Shown: piece by piece, positions 20,656 to 31,267 of the stretch
How positions within the stretch are numbered: the first letter of the stretch is position 1
How the letters are laid out: the number at the start of each line of letters is the position of its first letter
Assembly (NCBI GenBank): GCA_016714015.1
Contig: JADJNZ010000009.1
Coordinates: forward strand, 56,321 to 120,320
Reading direction: 5' to 3'
DNA from: Gemmatimonadota bacterium
GTDB taxonomy: Bacteria > Gemmatimonadota > Gemmatimonadetes > Gemmatimonadales > Gemmatimonadaceae
Length of the DNA: 64,000 nucleotides
Translations under genes and position numbers: made by a program
Notes under the pieces: generated by a model
Told to the model about the DNA's origin: nothing
The model's input: the letters and a program-made list of their open reading frames with translations, nothing else
The model's database searches: none

Positions 20656-22131
20656 ATGACTCGCACCCGACTCCTCACCGCTTCGCTCGCTGCCGTCCTC
20701 GGCCTCACCGCCTGCGAGGGCCTCAAGGAAGCGATGACCGCCCATGTGGACACGGTCGCCCGCGCCGGCTCGCAGGAGCTGACCGTCACCCGCCTCGCCG
20801 AGCTCGTCGGCCCGACCGACGTGCCGTTGCAGGCCGATGCGATCCGCACCATCGCCCAGCTCTGGGTGAACTACCAGCTCCTCGGCCACGCGGCCGCGCG
20901 CGGCGATTCGCTCTTCACCGACGCCGACGCCGATCTGGGCATGTGGTCGGCGATCGCGCAGATGCGCTCGCGCAAGCTCTACGACGAGCTCGCGAAGGGA
21001 TGGTCGGGGAACCTCGACCCGGCGACGTTCGAGAAGGCCTACAACGACGGCGTGCTCCTCGCCGCCTCGCACATCCTGCTCAGCAAGCAGCCCGAGGGGA
21101 TGTCGCCCGAGGCCAACGCGGCCACGCGCGCCGAGGCCGAGAAGATCGCGACGCAGCTCAAGAACGCGACGCTCGAGCAGTTCGGGGCGGTCGCGCGGGC
21201 CCGCACGCAGGATCCGGGCTCGAAGGATCGCGGCGGCGACTACGGCGTCTTCGCGCGCGGCCAGATGGTCGCCGAGTTCGACGCGGGCATCCTGTCGGTC
21301 GCGCCCGGCGCGGTGACGGGCGTGGTGGAGACCCAGTTCGGCTACCACATCATCCGCCGTCACACCTACGCCGAGATCGCCGACCAGTTCCCGCAGCAGT
21401 ACATGCAGATCGCGGGCGCCTCGGCCGAGAGCACCTACTTCGCCGGCGTCGAGAAGGCCGCGAACGTGCAGGTCCGGGCGAGCGCCGCCAAGCTCGTGAA
21501 GGCGATCGCCGAGGACGTCGATGCCTATCGGGACGACAAGACCGTGATCGCGACCGCGCGCACCGGCGACCTGACCGCGGCGCGGATGTCGATGTGGATG
21601 GCGGCCTTCCCGGCGCAGACGCGGATGCGGCAGCAGGTCGTGCAGGCGCCGGACTCGCTCATCCCGATGTTCGTGAAGGACTACGTGATGCGCAACGAGC
21701 TCCTGCTCCGCGCCGCCGACTCGGCGGGCGTGACGCTGGACTCGGCCGACGTGAAGCAGATCCGCGAGGCCTTCCGCGCCCGCGTGACCGAGACGATGAC
21801 CCAGCTCGGCCTCACGCCGAAGCTGCTCGCCGACAGCGCCGCCGACACCGGGGCGCGCGAGCGTCTCGCCGCGGCCCGTGTGGACGAGTACCTCGGCAAG
21901 CTGGTGAAGAACGAGGTGCAGTACGTCGACGTGGCCGAGCAGATCGCGCTCGTGCTCCGGGGGCGCTACGAGAGCCGTCTCGTGCCGGCGGGCGTCGATC
22001 GCGTCCTCGCCGAGGCGACGAAGCTCCGCGCCGTGGCCGACTCCGCCCGGGCCGCGACGCAGCCGCCGACCGCGGTGCCGATGGGTCCGCCGGCCGGCGC
22101 GCCGGTCGCCCCGCCCATGCCGCAGCCGTAA
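20656..22131 (+). CDS. Lipoprotein parvulin-type peptidyl-prolyl isomerase
   Basis: LGLTAC lipobox, ASHILL, GGDYG, ETQFGYHII. Confidence 0.88.
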   Translation: MTRTRLLTASLAAVLGLTACEGLKEAMTAHVDTVARAGSQELTVTRLAELVGPTDVPLQADAIRTIAQLWVNYQLLGHAAARGDSLFTDADADLGMWSAIAQMRSRKLYDELAKGWSGNLDPATFEKAYNDGVLLAASHILLSKQPEGMSPEANAATRAEAEKIATQLKNATLEQFGAVARARTQDPGSKDRGGDYGVFARGQMVAEFDAGILSVAPGAVTGVVETQFGYHIIRRHTYAEIADQFPQQYMQIAGASAESTYFAGVEKAANVQVRASAAKLVKAIAEDVDAYRDDKTVIATARTGDLTAARMSMWMAAFPAQTRMRQQVVQAPDSLIPMFVKDYVMRNELLLRAADSAGVTLDSADVKQIREAFRARVTETMTQLGLTPKLLADSAADTGARERLAAARVDEYLGKLVKNEVQYVDVAEQIALVLRGRYESRLVPAGVDRVLAEATKLRAVADSARAATQPPTAVPMGPPAGAPVAPPMPQP

Positions 22132-23471
22132 TGCGCCTGCTCTCGCCGCGCGCGCTCGGTCGCGCCGTCCTCCTGGCCGTCGGCACCGCGCTCGTCGCGG
22201 CGCCGGCGGCGGCACAGCAGGTGCCGGCCTTCCGCGGCATCGAGGTGGACCGCGTCGCCGGCGTCGTCGGCAGCACGCCCATCCTCTTCAGCGAAGTGCT
22301 GGAGGCGATCAACTTCGCGCGCGCGCAGGGGCTCCAGCTCCCGCCCGACAGTCTCGGGCAGATCCGCGTCGCGCGCGAGTTCCTCAATCGCATCATCGAC
22401 CGCGAGGTGCTCATCGCGGTCGCGAAGGACTACAAGATCGAGATCGCCGAGAGCGATGTCGCGCAGCAGGTGGAGCGCGACCTCGACCGCGCGCGCAGCC
22501 AGTTCCGCACCGACGCCGAGTTCCGCGCGGCGCTCCAGCGCGACGGGTTCGGCACGCCCGAGGAGTACCGCAAGAAGGCGGTGGAGGCGGCGATCCGCGA
22601 CGAGAGCCAGCGCCGCGCGATCGATTCGCTCAAGGCGAAGGGGCGCATGGCCCCCGCGAACGTGACCGAACGCGAGGTGAGCGAGGCGTTCGAGCGCCTC
22701 CGCACCGAGCTCCCGCCGCGCCCGGCGACGGTCGGGTTCCGCCAGGTCGTCGTGAAGATCCGGCCGCGCGCCGAGAGCATCGCGCGCGCGCGGGCGCTCA
22801 TCGACAGCATCCGCCTGGAGCTCGAGAAGGGCGCGAGCTTCGAGGATGCGGCGAAGCGCTTCTCGATGGACGGCACCGCCGAGAAGGGCGGCGACCTCGA
22901 CTGGAACCGCCGCGGCGTGATGGTCCCCGAGTTCGAGCGCATGATGTTCGCGCTCATCCCCGGCCGCATCAGCCCGATCGTGGAGACGCAGTACGGCTTC
23001 CACATCATCCGCGTGGACCGCGTCCGCGCGGGCGAGGTGCGCGCGCGGCACATCCTGATCAAGCCGGCGGTCGATTCGCAGGATCTTGCGTCGTCGCGCG
23101 CGCTGGCCGACACCGTGCTCGCCCTCTGGAAGCAGGGGACGCCGTACGACACGCTGCTCGCGAAGTACCATGACTACGACGAGGAGCGGTCGATCCCCGA
23201 GGGGCTCGCGCGCGACTCGCTGCCCGCCGAGTATCGCGTGGCGCTGAAGGACATCCCCGTGCAGGGGTTCACGCCGATCTTCGCGCTCCCCGATCGCGGC
23301 TCGGGCTTCAACAAGTGGGCGATCGCGCAGGTGCTCGTGAGCAAGCCCGAAGGGCGCTTCACGCTCGAGGAGTACCAGGAGAACATCCGGAAGCAGTTGC
23401 GCGAGGAGAAGTCCATCCGCCGCACGCTCGACAACCTGCGACGCGAGATCTACGTCTCGCTCAGGATCTGA
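22131..23471 (+). CDS. surA: SurA-like periplasmic chaperone/PPIase
   Basis: DRVAGVVG..ILFSE, GGDLDW, ETQYGFHII, ARHILI; upstream of pdxA. Confidence 0.85.
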   Translation: MRLLSPRALGRAVLLAVGTALVAAPAAAQQVPAFRGIEVDRVAGVVGSTPILFSEVLEAINFARAQGLQLPPDSLGQIRVAREFLNRIIDREVLIAVAKDYKIEIAESDVAQQVERDLDRARSQFRTDAEFRAALQRDGFGTPEEYRKKAVEAAIRDESQRRAIDSLKAKGRMAPANVTEREVSEAFERLRTELPPRPATVGFRQVVVKIRPRAESIARARALIDSIRLELEKGASFEDAAKRFSMDGTAEKGGDLDWNRRGVMVPEFERMMFALIPGRISPIVETQYGFHIIRVDRVRAGEVRARHILIKPAVDSQDLASSRALADTVLALWKQGTPYDTLLAKYHDYDEERSIPEGLARDSLPAEYRVALKDIPVQGFTPIFALPDRGSGFNKWAIAQVLVSKPEGRFTLEEYQENIRKQLREEKSIRRTLDNLRREIYVSLRI

Positions 23472-24391
23472 CGCCGACGGCCGCGGTCCCCACGCTCGCG
23501 ATCACCCTCGGCGATCCCCGGGGCATCGGCCCCGAGATCGTCGCCACGGCGCTCGCCACCCCCGAGGTGGCGGGCGCCGCGCGCTTCGTGGTCGTGGGGC
23601 CGACCGGCTGCGGCGTCGCGGTGGACGAGCCGGTGGGGGAGTGGACGGAGGGCACCGGCCCCAGCCCCGACACACCCGAGGGCCACGCGCGTGACGCGCG
23701 GGCGGGCGCGCTCGCGGGCCGGGCGATCGCGCGCGCTTTCGAGCTCGTGCAGGGCGGGCGGGTGCAGGGGATCGTGACGGCCCCGATCGACAAGGCGGCG
23801 CTCCTCGCCGGCGGCTACGACTTCCCGGGCCACACCGAGATGCTCGAGGCGCTCGCCGGCACGCCGACGGTGATGATGCTCGCGAGCGACCGGCTGCGGG
23901 TGGTCCTGGCGACGACGCACATCGCGCTGCGCGACGTGCACGCCGCGCTGACCCGCGAGCGGCTGGAGCGGACGGTGCGGATCACGCGCGAAGGACTGCG
24001 CGCGGGCTTCGGCATCGCCGCGCCGCGGATCGCGCTCTGCGCGCTCAACCCGCACGCCGGCGACCATGGGCGCTTCGGTCGCGAGGACGACGAACTGCTC
24101 GCGCCGGTCGCGCAGGCGATGGGGATCGCGGGGCCGTTCCCGGCGGACACGGTGTTCGTGCGGGCGATGCGCGGGGAGTTCGACTGCGTGATCGCGCCGT
24201 ACCACGACGTGGGGATGACGGCGATCAAGATCGCGTCGTTCGGCGAGGGGGTGAATGTGACGCTGGGGCTGCCGTTCGTGCGGACGTCGCCGGACCACGG
24301 GACGGCGCTCGACATCGCGGGGCAGGGGCGGGCGTCGGCGACGTCGTTCGTGGCGGCGGTGCGGACGGCCGTGTCGTTGCTGTCCCGCTGA
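23468..24391 (+). CDS. pdxA: 4-hydroxythreonine-4-phosphate dehydrogenase
   Basis: ITLGDPRGIGPE, LNPHAG, YHDVG, RTSPDHGTA; start uncertain (CTG 23468). Confidence 0.92.
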   Translation: MTPTAAVPTLAITLGDPRGIGPEIVATALATPEVAGAARFVVVGPTGCGVAVDEPVGEWTEGTGPSPDTPEGHARDARAGALAGRAIARAFELVQGGRVQGIVTAPIDKAALLAGGYDFPGHTEMLEALAGTPTVMMLASDRLRVVLATTHIALRDVHAALTRERLERTVRITREGLRAGFGIAAPRIALCALNPHAGDHGRFGREDDELLAPVAQAMGIAGPFPADTVFVRAMRGEFDCVIAPYHDVGMTAIKIASFGEGVNVTLGLPFVRTSPDHGTALDIAGQGRASATSFVAAVRTAVSLLSR

Positions 24392-24401
24392 GGGAACCGC
24401 C

Positions 24402-24737
24402 TTCACCACAGAGGGCACAGAGGGCGCAGAGAACGGCGGAGAACGGCGAACTGCAACGGCGTGGACCACAGGGGCACAGGGGGCACAGGGGTGCTTCGCG
24501 CGTTGGGGCGGGGGTCGGTCTGGTCTCATCGTCTTTCTCTTTGGAACGACAACGACAGCCCTCGAGCAGGCGCTGTTCCACCCGAAGAGTCGTTCCCTGT
24601 GTCCCCTGTGCCCCTTTGGTGAAAGCCGTTGCTCCGAGGAAGGCGGAAGGATGAAGGGTGAAAGCAGAAGGGCGGAGAGCGCCAAGCGCCCTCCGCCCTT
24701 CTCTGTGTCCTCTGTGCCCTCTGTGGTGAACGCCGTT
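24402..24737. repeat. Composite intergenic repeat element, copy 2
   Basis: Same 40-bp terminal motif (24402-24441; inverted 24691-24730) as at 14021-14060, with nested inner inverted repeats. Confidence 0.85.
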
Positions 24738-26043
24738 ACGCCCCCGCAACGACCTCGATCACGAGCATCCGGATCCGCCGCCCCTCCATCTCCTTCACCA
24801 CGAACGTCGCCCCACCCCCCGTCACGCGGTCGCCGGCGATCGGGAGACGCCCGAGCATCCCGAAGACGTAGCCCCCCACCGTCGTGTAGTCCTCCTCGGG
24901 GATCGTCAGCCCGTACTCCGCATTCACCTCGGAGATGTTCGAATCCCCCGGCACGACCTTGGCCCCCTTCGCGCCCGCGTCGAGCGCCGGCGCCGGCGCG
25001 TCGTCGTACTCGTCGAGGATCTCGCCCACGATCTCCTCGAGCAGGTCCTCCATGGTGACCATGCCCGCGGTGCCGCCGTACTCGTCGAGGACGATCGCCA
25101 GGTGCTCCTTGCGCCGCTTGAAGTCCGCCAGCACCTCCTCGACCTCGCGGGAGCCGGGCACCACGTGCACCGGACGCAGGATCGACTCGAGCGCGAACTC
25201 CGCCGGCCGCCGCGCGAGGACCTTCAGCAGGTCCTTCGCGTGCACCATCCCCACGATGTCATCGATCGTGTCGCGGTAGACCGGATAGCGACTGAATCCC
25301 GCCTCCTCCACCGCGTCCACCGCCTCGTCGAGCGACGCTTCGGCGGCGATGGCGACGATCGCCGTGCGCGGCGTCATCACCTCGCGCGCGTTCTTCTCGC
25401 TGAACTCGAAGACGCCCTCGAGGATCTCCGCGTCCGAGGTAGGGAGCACGCCTCCCTCGGAGGCCCGCTCGACGAGGAGCTTGAGCTCGTCCGCCGAGTG
25501 GGGGGTCTCCTCCTCCGACACCGACTTCTGCCCGAAGACCCGGAGGAGCAGGTTGCTCGACCCGTTGAGCACCCAGATGAACGGCCAGGTGAGCCAGGTG
25601 AACGCGAGGATCGGCGGCGCGAGCCACTTGGCGAACTGCTCGGGGTAGTTGAGCGAGAGGGCGCGGGGCGCCAGCTCGCCGAAGACCACGTGGAGGTAGG
25701 TGACCACGGTGATCGCGATGCCCGCGGCGAGGCCCACCCGGACCGACATCTCGAAGGGGAGCGGGAGCCCGGCGAACCAGTGCTCCAGGGCCTCGCCCAG
25801 GGTCGCCTCGGCCACCCACCCCAGTCCAAGCGATGCCAAGGTGATCCCCAACTGGCCCGCCGACAGCACCCGTGTGAGATTTGAACGGGAGGTCGCGGTG
25901 ACCGCGAACCGGGCGAAATGGTCTCCACCTCGGACCATGGCCTCCAGGCGCGACCGGCGCGCCCGCACGAGCGCGAACTCCACCGCGACGAAGAAGGCGT
26001 TCAGGGCCAACAGGGCGACGATGGCGAACAGGCGCGAGAACAC
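24736..26043 (-). CDS. Hemolysin-family CNNM/CBS-domain membrane protein
   Basis: NAFFVAVEFAL, QLGITLASLGLG, FGELAPR, VLDEYGGTAGMVTMEDLLEEIVGEI. Confidence 0.95.
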   Translation of the reverse strand: MFSRLFAIVALLALNAFFVAVEFALVRARRSRLEAMVRGGDHFARFAVTATSRSNLTRVLSAGQLGITLASLGLGWVAEATLGEALEHWFAGLPLPFEMSVRVGLAAGIAITVVTYLHVVFGELAPRALSLNYPEQFAKWLAPPILAFTWLTWPFIWVLNGSSNLLLRVFGQKSVSEEETPHSADELKLLVERASEGGVLPTSDAEILEGVFEFSEKNAREVMTPRTAIVAIAAEASLDEAVDAVEEAGFSRYPVYRDTIDDIVGMVHAKDLLKVLARRPAEFALESILRPVHVVPGSREVEEVLADFKRRKEHLAIVLDEYGGTAGMVTMEDLLEEIVGEILDEYDDAPAPALDAGAKGAKVVPGDSNISEVNAEYGLTIPEEDYTTVGGYVFGMLGRLPIAGDRVTGGGATFVVKEMEGRRIRMLVIEVVAGA

Positions 26044-26068
26044 GGGCGAAAGCTATGGCGACTGCGTG

Positions 26069-27088
26069 ATGAATCGCCAGTCGGCCGAGGGGGGCGCGGC
26101 GCTTGACAGCGCGCCCCTCCACGCCCACGCGCATCCCCATCCGCACGACCACGCGCATGGCCATTCGCACGATCAGGCGCACGGTCGCGCGCACGGTCAT
26201 GCCCACACGCACGCCGTCGGCACCCGGCGCCTCGCCATCGCCCTCGTCATCACGGCGCTCTTCCTCGTCGCCGAGGTGGTGGGCGGGTGGCTGAGCAACT
26301 CGCTCGCGCTGCTGGCCGATGCCGGGCACATGCTCACCGACGTCGGCGCCCTCGCCCTCTCGCTCTTCGTCGCGTGGTTCTCCCGCCAGCCCGCGACGCC
26401 GCAGAAGACCTACGGCTACCTGCGGTGGGAGATCCTCGCGGCGCTCATCAACGGGGCCGTGCTGCTCATGGCCTCGGGCTTCATCCTCTGGGAGTCGTTC
26501 CGCCGGCTCTCGGCCCCCGAACCGGTCGCCGGCGGCCTCATGCTCGTCGTCGCCGTGCTCGGGCTCGTGGTCAACGCGGTCTCGGCCTGGCTCCTGCACG
26601 GGAGCGCGCACCACTCGATGAACATCCGCGCCGCCTATCTGCACGTCCTCGGCGACCTCCTCGGCTCGGTCGCGGCGATCGTGGCCGCCGTGCTCGTGCG
26701 CTGGCAGGGCTGGCTCATCGCCGACCCCATCGCGTCGATCGCGATGACCGGTCTGATCATCCTCGGCGCCTGGCGGCTGGTGAAGGAGGCCGTGGACGTG
26801 CTCCTCGAGGCGACGCCGGCGCACATCGAGCTCGAGTCGCTCCGTCGCGCCATGCTCGCGGTGCCCGGGGTGACCGAGGTGCACGACCTCCATGTGTGGA
26901 GCCTCACCTCGGGCGTGGTGGCGATGTCCGCCCACGCGGTCGCGCCCGCCGAGTCCGGGCACCAGCGCGTGCTGGAGGAGCTGCACGCGGCCGTGGGCCG
27001 CTTCGGCATCCACCATGCGACCATCCAGCTCGAAGGGGCGCCCCTCGACGCGTGCTGCCCACCGACCCAGACACTGGCCCACGCGTAG
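26069..27088 (+). CDS. Cation diffusion facilitator (CzcD/ZitB-like) with His-rich N-terminus
   Basis: [42 protein letters not shown]. Confidence 0.93.
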   Translation: MNRQSAEGGAALDSAPLHAHAHPHPHDHAHGHSHDQAHGRAHGHAHTHAVGTRRLAIALVITALFLVAEVVGGWLSNSLALLADAGHMLTDVGALALSLFVAWFSRQPATPQKTYGYLRWEILAALINGAVLLMASGFILWESFRRLSAPEPVAGGLMLVVAVLGLVVNAVSAWLLHGSAHHSMNIRAAYLHVLGDLLGSVAAIVAAVLVRWQGWLIADPIASIAMTGLIILGAWRLVKEAVDVLLEATPAHIELESLRRAMLAVPGVTEVHDLHVWSLTSGVVAMSAHAVAPAESGHQRVLEELHAAVGRFGIHHATIQLEGAPLDACCPPTQTLAHA

Positions 27089-27095
27089 TGCCATC

Positions 27096-27124
27096 TTTCA
27101 TCCTTCCTCCTTCCGCCTTCATCC
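27096..27124. repeat. Short pyrimidine-rich heptamer-type repeat
   Basis: tttcatccttcctccttccgccttcatcc; reverse complement shares gaaggcggaagga with 24639-24651. Confidence 0.6.
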
Positions 27125-27131
27125 CAGGGTA

Positions 27132-28700
27132 ATGGCCCAACTCGACCGCCTCCTCTCCGTGATGATCTCCAATCGCGCCGATTCCCTCTCGCTCAAGGAG
27201 GGGGAGGCGGCGTCGCTCATGGTGGAGGGCCAGCCGCGGCCGGTGACGAAGGCGCTCACCGGGCCGCAGGTGATCGCGCTGCTCAAGGAGATCGCGAGCC
27301 CGCAGGCGACGGCGCAGCTCGACGCCAAGCAGCCGACCAAGTTCCGCTACTCGAGCGTGGACTCGGTGTTCGTGGTGCGCGCGATGCTGCAGGGCGAGCT
27401 GATCACCGCGACGATCGTCGTGGACGACAACGCCGAGTTCCAGCGCTCGACGGGGATGATGCAGCGCATCGTGTTGCCGGAGGACCTGCCGGCGCCGACG
27501 GTGAAGGTGCCGGACGTGAAGGAGGCCGCGGCCGACCCGGTCGCGGCGAAGGAGGCGATGGAGAAGCTCCTGCGGATGCTCGTGGACCAGGGGGGCTCCG
27601 ACCTGCACATGCGCGTGGGCGAGCCGCCGATCCTGCGCAAGTCGGGCGAGATGGAGCGGATCGAGGGGCAGAGCAAGCTCGACCCGTCCACGACGGAGAG
27701 CCTGCTGCAGGCGATCATGCCCGAGCGGAACCGGCGGGAGTTCGCCGAGACCAACGACACCGACTTCGCGTACGAGATCGCCGGGGTGGCGCGCTTCCGC
27801 GCGAACGTCCTGCGCGACCGGAAGGGCGTCGCGGCGGTGTTCCGCGTGATCCCGAGCAACATCGTCACCGCCGACCAGCTGGGGGTGACGCAGGAGGTGC
27901 AGAACCTCTGCTACCTGACCAAGGGGCTCGTGCTCGTGACCGGCCCCACCGGCTCGGGCAAGTCCACGACGCTCTGCGCGCTGGTGGACCTCGTGAACCG
28001 GTCGCGGTCGGACCATGTGATCACGATCGAGGACCCGATCGAGTTCGTGCACGAGAACAAGAACTGCATCATCACGCAGCGGCAGGTGGGGGTGCACACC
28101 GGGAGCTTCAAGAGCGCGCTCCGCGCGGCGCTGCGCGAGGACCCGGACATCATCCTCGTCGGCGAGCTGCGCGACCTCGAGACGGTGAGCATCGCGATCG
28201 AGACGGCGGAGACGGGCCACCTCGTGTTCGGGACGCTGCACACGACGACCGCGGCGAGCACGATCGACCGCCTGATCGACCAGTTCCCGGCCGACCGGCA
28301 GGAGCAGGTGCGGACGATGCTGTCGGAGTCGCTCAAGGGCGTGGTGTCGCAGGTGCTCTGCAAGAAGATCGGCGGCGGCCGCGTGGCGGCGCGCGAGATC
28401 CTGCTGGTGACGCCGGCGATCTCGAACCTGATCCGCGAGGGGAAGACCTTCCAGATCCCGTCGATCATGCAGACGAGCAAGCGCCTGGGCATGATCACGA
28501 TGAACGACACGCTGCTGGACCTGGTGGAGCGGAAGCTGGTGGAGCCGAAGGAGGCCTACATGAAGTCGGTGGACAAGGGCGCCTTCGTGAACCAGCTCAA
28601 GGCGAAGGGGCATGATGTCAGCTTCGTCGAGGCGGACCCGACGAATACCCCGGGCGGGGCGGGGCCCTCGGCGCCGGCGAAGCCGGGCGTGCGCCGGTAG
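27132..28700 (+). CDS. pilT: Type IV pilus retraction ATPase with extra N-terminal PilT-like domain
   Basis: [37 protein letters not shown]. Confidence 0.93.
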   Translation: MAQLDRLLSVMISNRADSLSLKEGEAASLMVEGQPRPVTKALTGPQVIALLKEIASPQATAQLDAKQPTKFRYSSVDSVFVVRAMLQGELITATIVVDDNAEFQRSTGMMQRIVLPEDLPAPTVKVPDVKEAAADPVAAKEAMEKLLRMLVDQGGSDLHMRVGEPPILRKSGEMERIEGQSKLDPSTTESLLQAIMPERNRREFAETNDTDFAYEIAGVARFRANVLRDRKGVAAVFRVIPSNIVTADQLGVTQEVQNLCYLTKGLVLVTGPTGSGKSTTLCALVDLVNRSRSDHVITIEDPIEFVHENKNCIITQRQVGVHTGSFKSALRAALREDPDIILVGELRDLETVSIAIETAETGHLVFGTLHTTTAASTIDRLIDQFPADRQEQVRTMLSESLKGVVSQVLCKKIGGGRVAAREILLVTPAISNLIREGKTFQIPSIMQTSKRLGMITMNDTLLDLVERKLVEPKEAYMKSVDKGAFVNQLKAKGHDVSFVEADPTNTPGGAGPSAPAKPGVRR

Positions 28701-28709
28701 GACGGCTGG

Positions 28710-28868
28710 GAGGAGCGAGGAGCGAGGGGAAATAGCGAGGGGCGAGGGAAAGGGAGAGGGGCGAGGCTGTGGGGCGAGGGAAAGGCTCCGCCCCTCCCCC
28801 TGAGCCCTCCCCCTGAGCCTTCCCCCTCCCCCTCCGGCCCTCTCCCTTCCCCTCGCTCCTCGCTCCTC
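28710..28868. repeat. Purine/pyrimidine palindromic intergenic element
   Basis: Perfect 22-bp inverted repeat 28710-28731 / 28847-28868 built from GAGGAGC heptamers. Confidence 0.8.
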
Positions 28869-28911
28869 CGCCACTGCAATGCGGGGGGCCGCCCACTTAT
28901 ATTTTCGGGCT

Positions 28912-30747
28912 ATGCAGATTCGCAACATCGCCATCATCGCGCACGTCGACCACGGGAAGACCACCCTCGTCGACAAGATGCTCCGGCAGGCCGGGGCCTT
29001 CCGCGCGAACCAGGTCGTCGCCGAACGCGTGATGGATTCCAACCCGCTCGAGAAGGAGCGGGGCATCACCATCCTGGCCAAGAACACCTCGGTCCACTGG
29101 GGCGAGACCAAGCTCAACATCGTCGACACGCCCGGGCACTCCGACTTCGGCGGCGAGGTCGAGCGCATCCTGCGCATGGTGGACGGCGTGCTCCTCGTCG
29201 TCGACGCCTTCGACGGCCCGATGCCGCAGACCCGCTTCGTGCTCCGCAAGGCGCTCGCGCTCGGCCGCACCGTCATCATCTGCATCAACAAGATCGACCG
29301 CCCCGGCGCCGACCCGATGCGCGTCCACGAGGAGGTCCTCGACCTCCTCATCGAGCTCGAGGCCAACGAGGATCAGCTCGACGCCCCCGTCGTCTACGCC
29401 TCCGGCCGTAACGGCACCTCCACGATGGACATGGACGTGCCCGCCGTCGATCTCACGCCGCTGTTCGACACGATCGTGAAGCACGTCCCGGCGCCGCCGA
29501 GCGACAAGGACGGCCCGTTCCAGATGCTCGTGTCGACGATCGACTACTCGAACTACCTCGGCCGCCTCGCGATCGGGCGCATCGAGCGCGGGACCGCGCA
29601 CGTGGGTGACGTCGTCCACCTCCTCCCGGTGGACCACACGCACAAGGGCGCCCCGGGGCGCATCACCAAGCTGTACGGCTTCGAAGGGCTCGAGCGCATC
29701 GAGGTCCAGAGCGCCGTCGCGGGCGAGATCGTCGCGCTCGCCGGCCTCGAGGGCGTCGAGATCGGCCTCACCATCACCGACCCGGAGCACCCGGAGCGCC
29801 TCGAGGGCATCGCCGTCGAGGAGCCGACCATCTCGGTCGACTTCATGGTGAACAACTCGCCGTTCGCGGGCCAGGACGGCAAGTTCGTGACGAGCCGCCA
29901 GGTGAAGGAGCGGCTGGAGAAGGAGCTCGAGCGCAACGTCGCGCTGCGCGTCGAGGACACCGAGACGACCGATGCCTGGACCGTCTCCGGCCGCGGCGAA
30001 CTGCACCTCTCCATCCTCATGGAGACGATGCGCCGCGAAGGGTACGAGTTCCAGGTGAGCCGTCCGCGCGTGATCACGCACCTGGGCCCCAACGGCGAGA
30101 AGCTCGAGCCGTACGAGGAGCTCGCCATCGACGTGCCCGAGGAGTACATGGGCACCGTCATCGAGAAGCTCGGCCCCCGCAAGGCGAGCATGATCGAGAT
30201 GAAGAACCCGGGCATGGGGCTCGTGCGCCTCGTCTACCGGATCCCGGCGCGCGGCCTCTTCGGCTACCGCTCCGAGTTCATGACCGACACGCGCGGCATG
30301 GGCATCATGCACCACCGCTTCCTCGAGTACGGGGCGTGGGCCGGCGCGCTGCAGGGCCGCCTCCGCGGCGTGCTCGTGTCGATGGAGGGCGGGACCATCA
30401 TCGCCTTCGCGCTCGGCAACCTCCAGGACCGCTCCACGCTGTTCGTGAAGCCGGGCGACGAGGTGTACGAGGGGATGATCGTGGGCGAGAACTCCCGGCC
30501 GGGGGACATGGACGTGAACCCGACCAAGGAGAAGAAGCTCACGAACATGCGCTCCAAGTCGGCCGACGACGCGATCACCCTCGAGCCGCCGCGCCTCCTC
30601 ACGCTCGAGAGCGCGCTGGAGTACATCGAGGACGACGAGCTGATCGAGGTCACCCCGTCGAACATCCGCCTCCGCAAGCGCCTGCTGGGCGTGAGCGACC
30701 GCAAGCGGATCAACCGCGACGCCAAGAAGGAGCGCGCGGGCACCTGA
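28912..30747 (+). CDS. typA: Translational GTPase TypA/BipA
   Basis: [40 protein letters not shown]. Confidence 0.97.
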   Translation: MQIRNIAIIAHVDHGKTTLVDKMLRQAGAFRANQVVAERVMDSNPLEKERGITILAKNTSVHWGETKLNIVDTPGHSDFGGEVERILRMVDGVLLVVDAFDGPMPQTRFVLRKALALGRTVIICINKIDRPGADPMRVHEEVLDLLIELEANEDQLDAPVVYASGRNGTSTMDMDVPAVDLTPLFDTIVKHVPAPPSDKDGPFQMLVSTIDYSNYLGRLAIGRIERGTAHVGDVVHLLPVDHTHKGAPGRITKLYGFEGLERIEVQSAVAGEIVALAGLEGVEIGLTITDPEHPERLEGIAVEEPTISVDFMVNNSPFAGQDGKFVTSRQVKERLEKELERNVALRVEDTETTDAWTVSGRGELHLSILMETMRREGYEFQVSRPRVITHLGPNGEKLEPYEELAIDVPEEYMGTVIEKLGPRKASMIEMKNPGMGLVRLVYRIPARGLFGYRSEFMTDTRGMGIMHHRFLEYGAWAGALQGRLRGVLVSMEGGTIIAFALGNLQDRSTLFVKPGDEVYEGMIVGENSRPGDMDVNPTKEKKLTNMRSKSADDAITLEPPRLLTLESALEYIEDDELIEVTPSNIRLRKRLLGVSDRKRINRDAKKERAGT

Positions 30748-30916
30748 TGCCCGTGCGCCCCGCCGGGGGCCCGGCGTCCGCGGGCCCGGCCATGGCCGGT
30801 CCTGTCACGTAACGGACCCCCCGCTTGACGCGTCCTACTCACCAGTAGATAGTCATCATCATCCGGGTGCGGTCTCGCCGCCGCGCCCTGGACCACCTTG
30901 TCTGGAGAAATGCGGA

Positions 30917-31180
30917 ATGCCGGCGATCGTGCAGTCGTCCTGGGTGCTGGGCCCGACCGAGGACGATGAGGAACTCGAGGGGTTCGACGCGGATCTCGAT
31001 GAGGACGACGAACTCGATGACCTCGACGACGAGGATCTCGACGACGACGACCTCGATGACGATGACCTCGATGACGACGACGACCTCGATGACGAGGACG
31101 ACGACCTGATCGACCTCGATGACGAGTACGACGACGGCGAGGACGAGGACCGGCCGCATCCGGGCCGGTTCGACGAATAG
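30917..31180 (+). CDS. Small, extremely Asp/Glu-rich protein
   Basis: 87 aa, GGAGA upstream, long D/E tract, followed by terminator. Confidence 0.65.
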   Translation: MPAIVQSSWVLGPTEDDEELEGFDADLDEDDELDDLDDEDLDDDDLDDDDLDDDDDLDDEDDDLIDLDDEYDDGEDEDRPHPGRFDE

Positions 31181-31211
31181 TCGACCGGTCGATCGCTTCG
31201 GAGCGGACCTG

Positions 31212-31236
31212 GGGGCGCCTTTCGGGGCGCCCCTTT
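31212..31236 (+). terminator. Rho-independent terminator
   Basis: ggggcgcct-TTCG-gggcgcccc followed by TTT. Confidence 0.7.
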
Positions 31237-31267
31237 CGCGTGGTGGCGGTGCGGCGGTGACGCCCGC

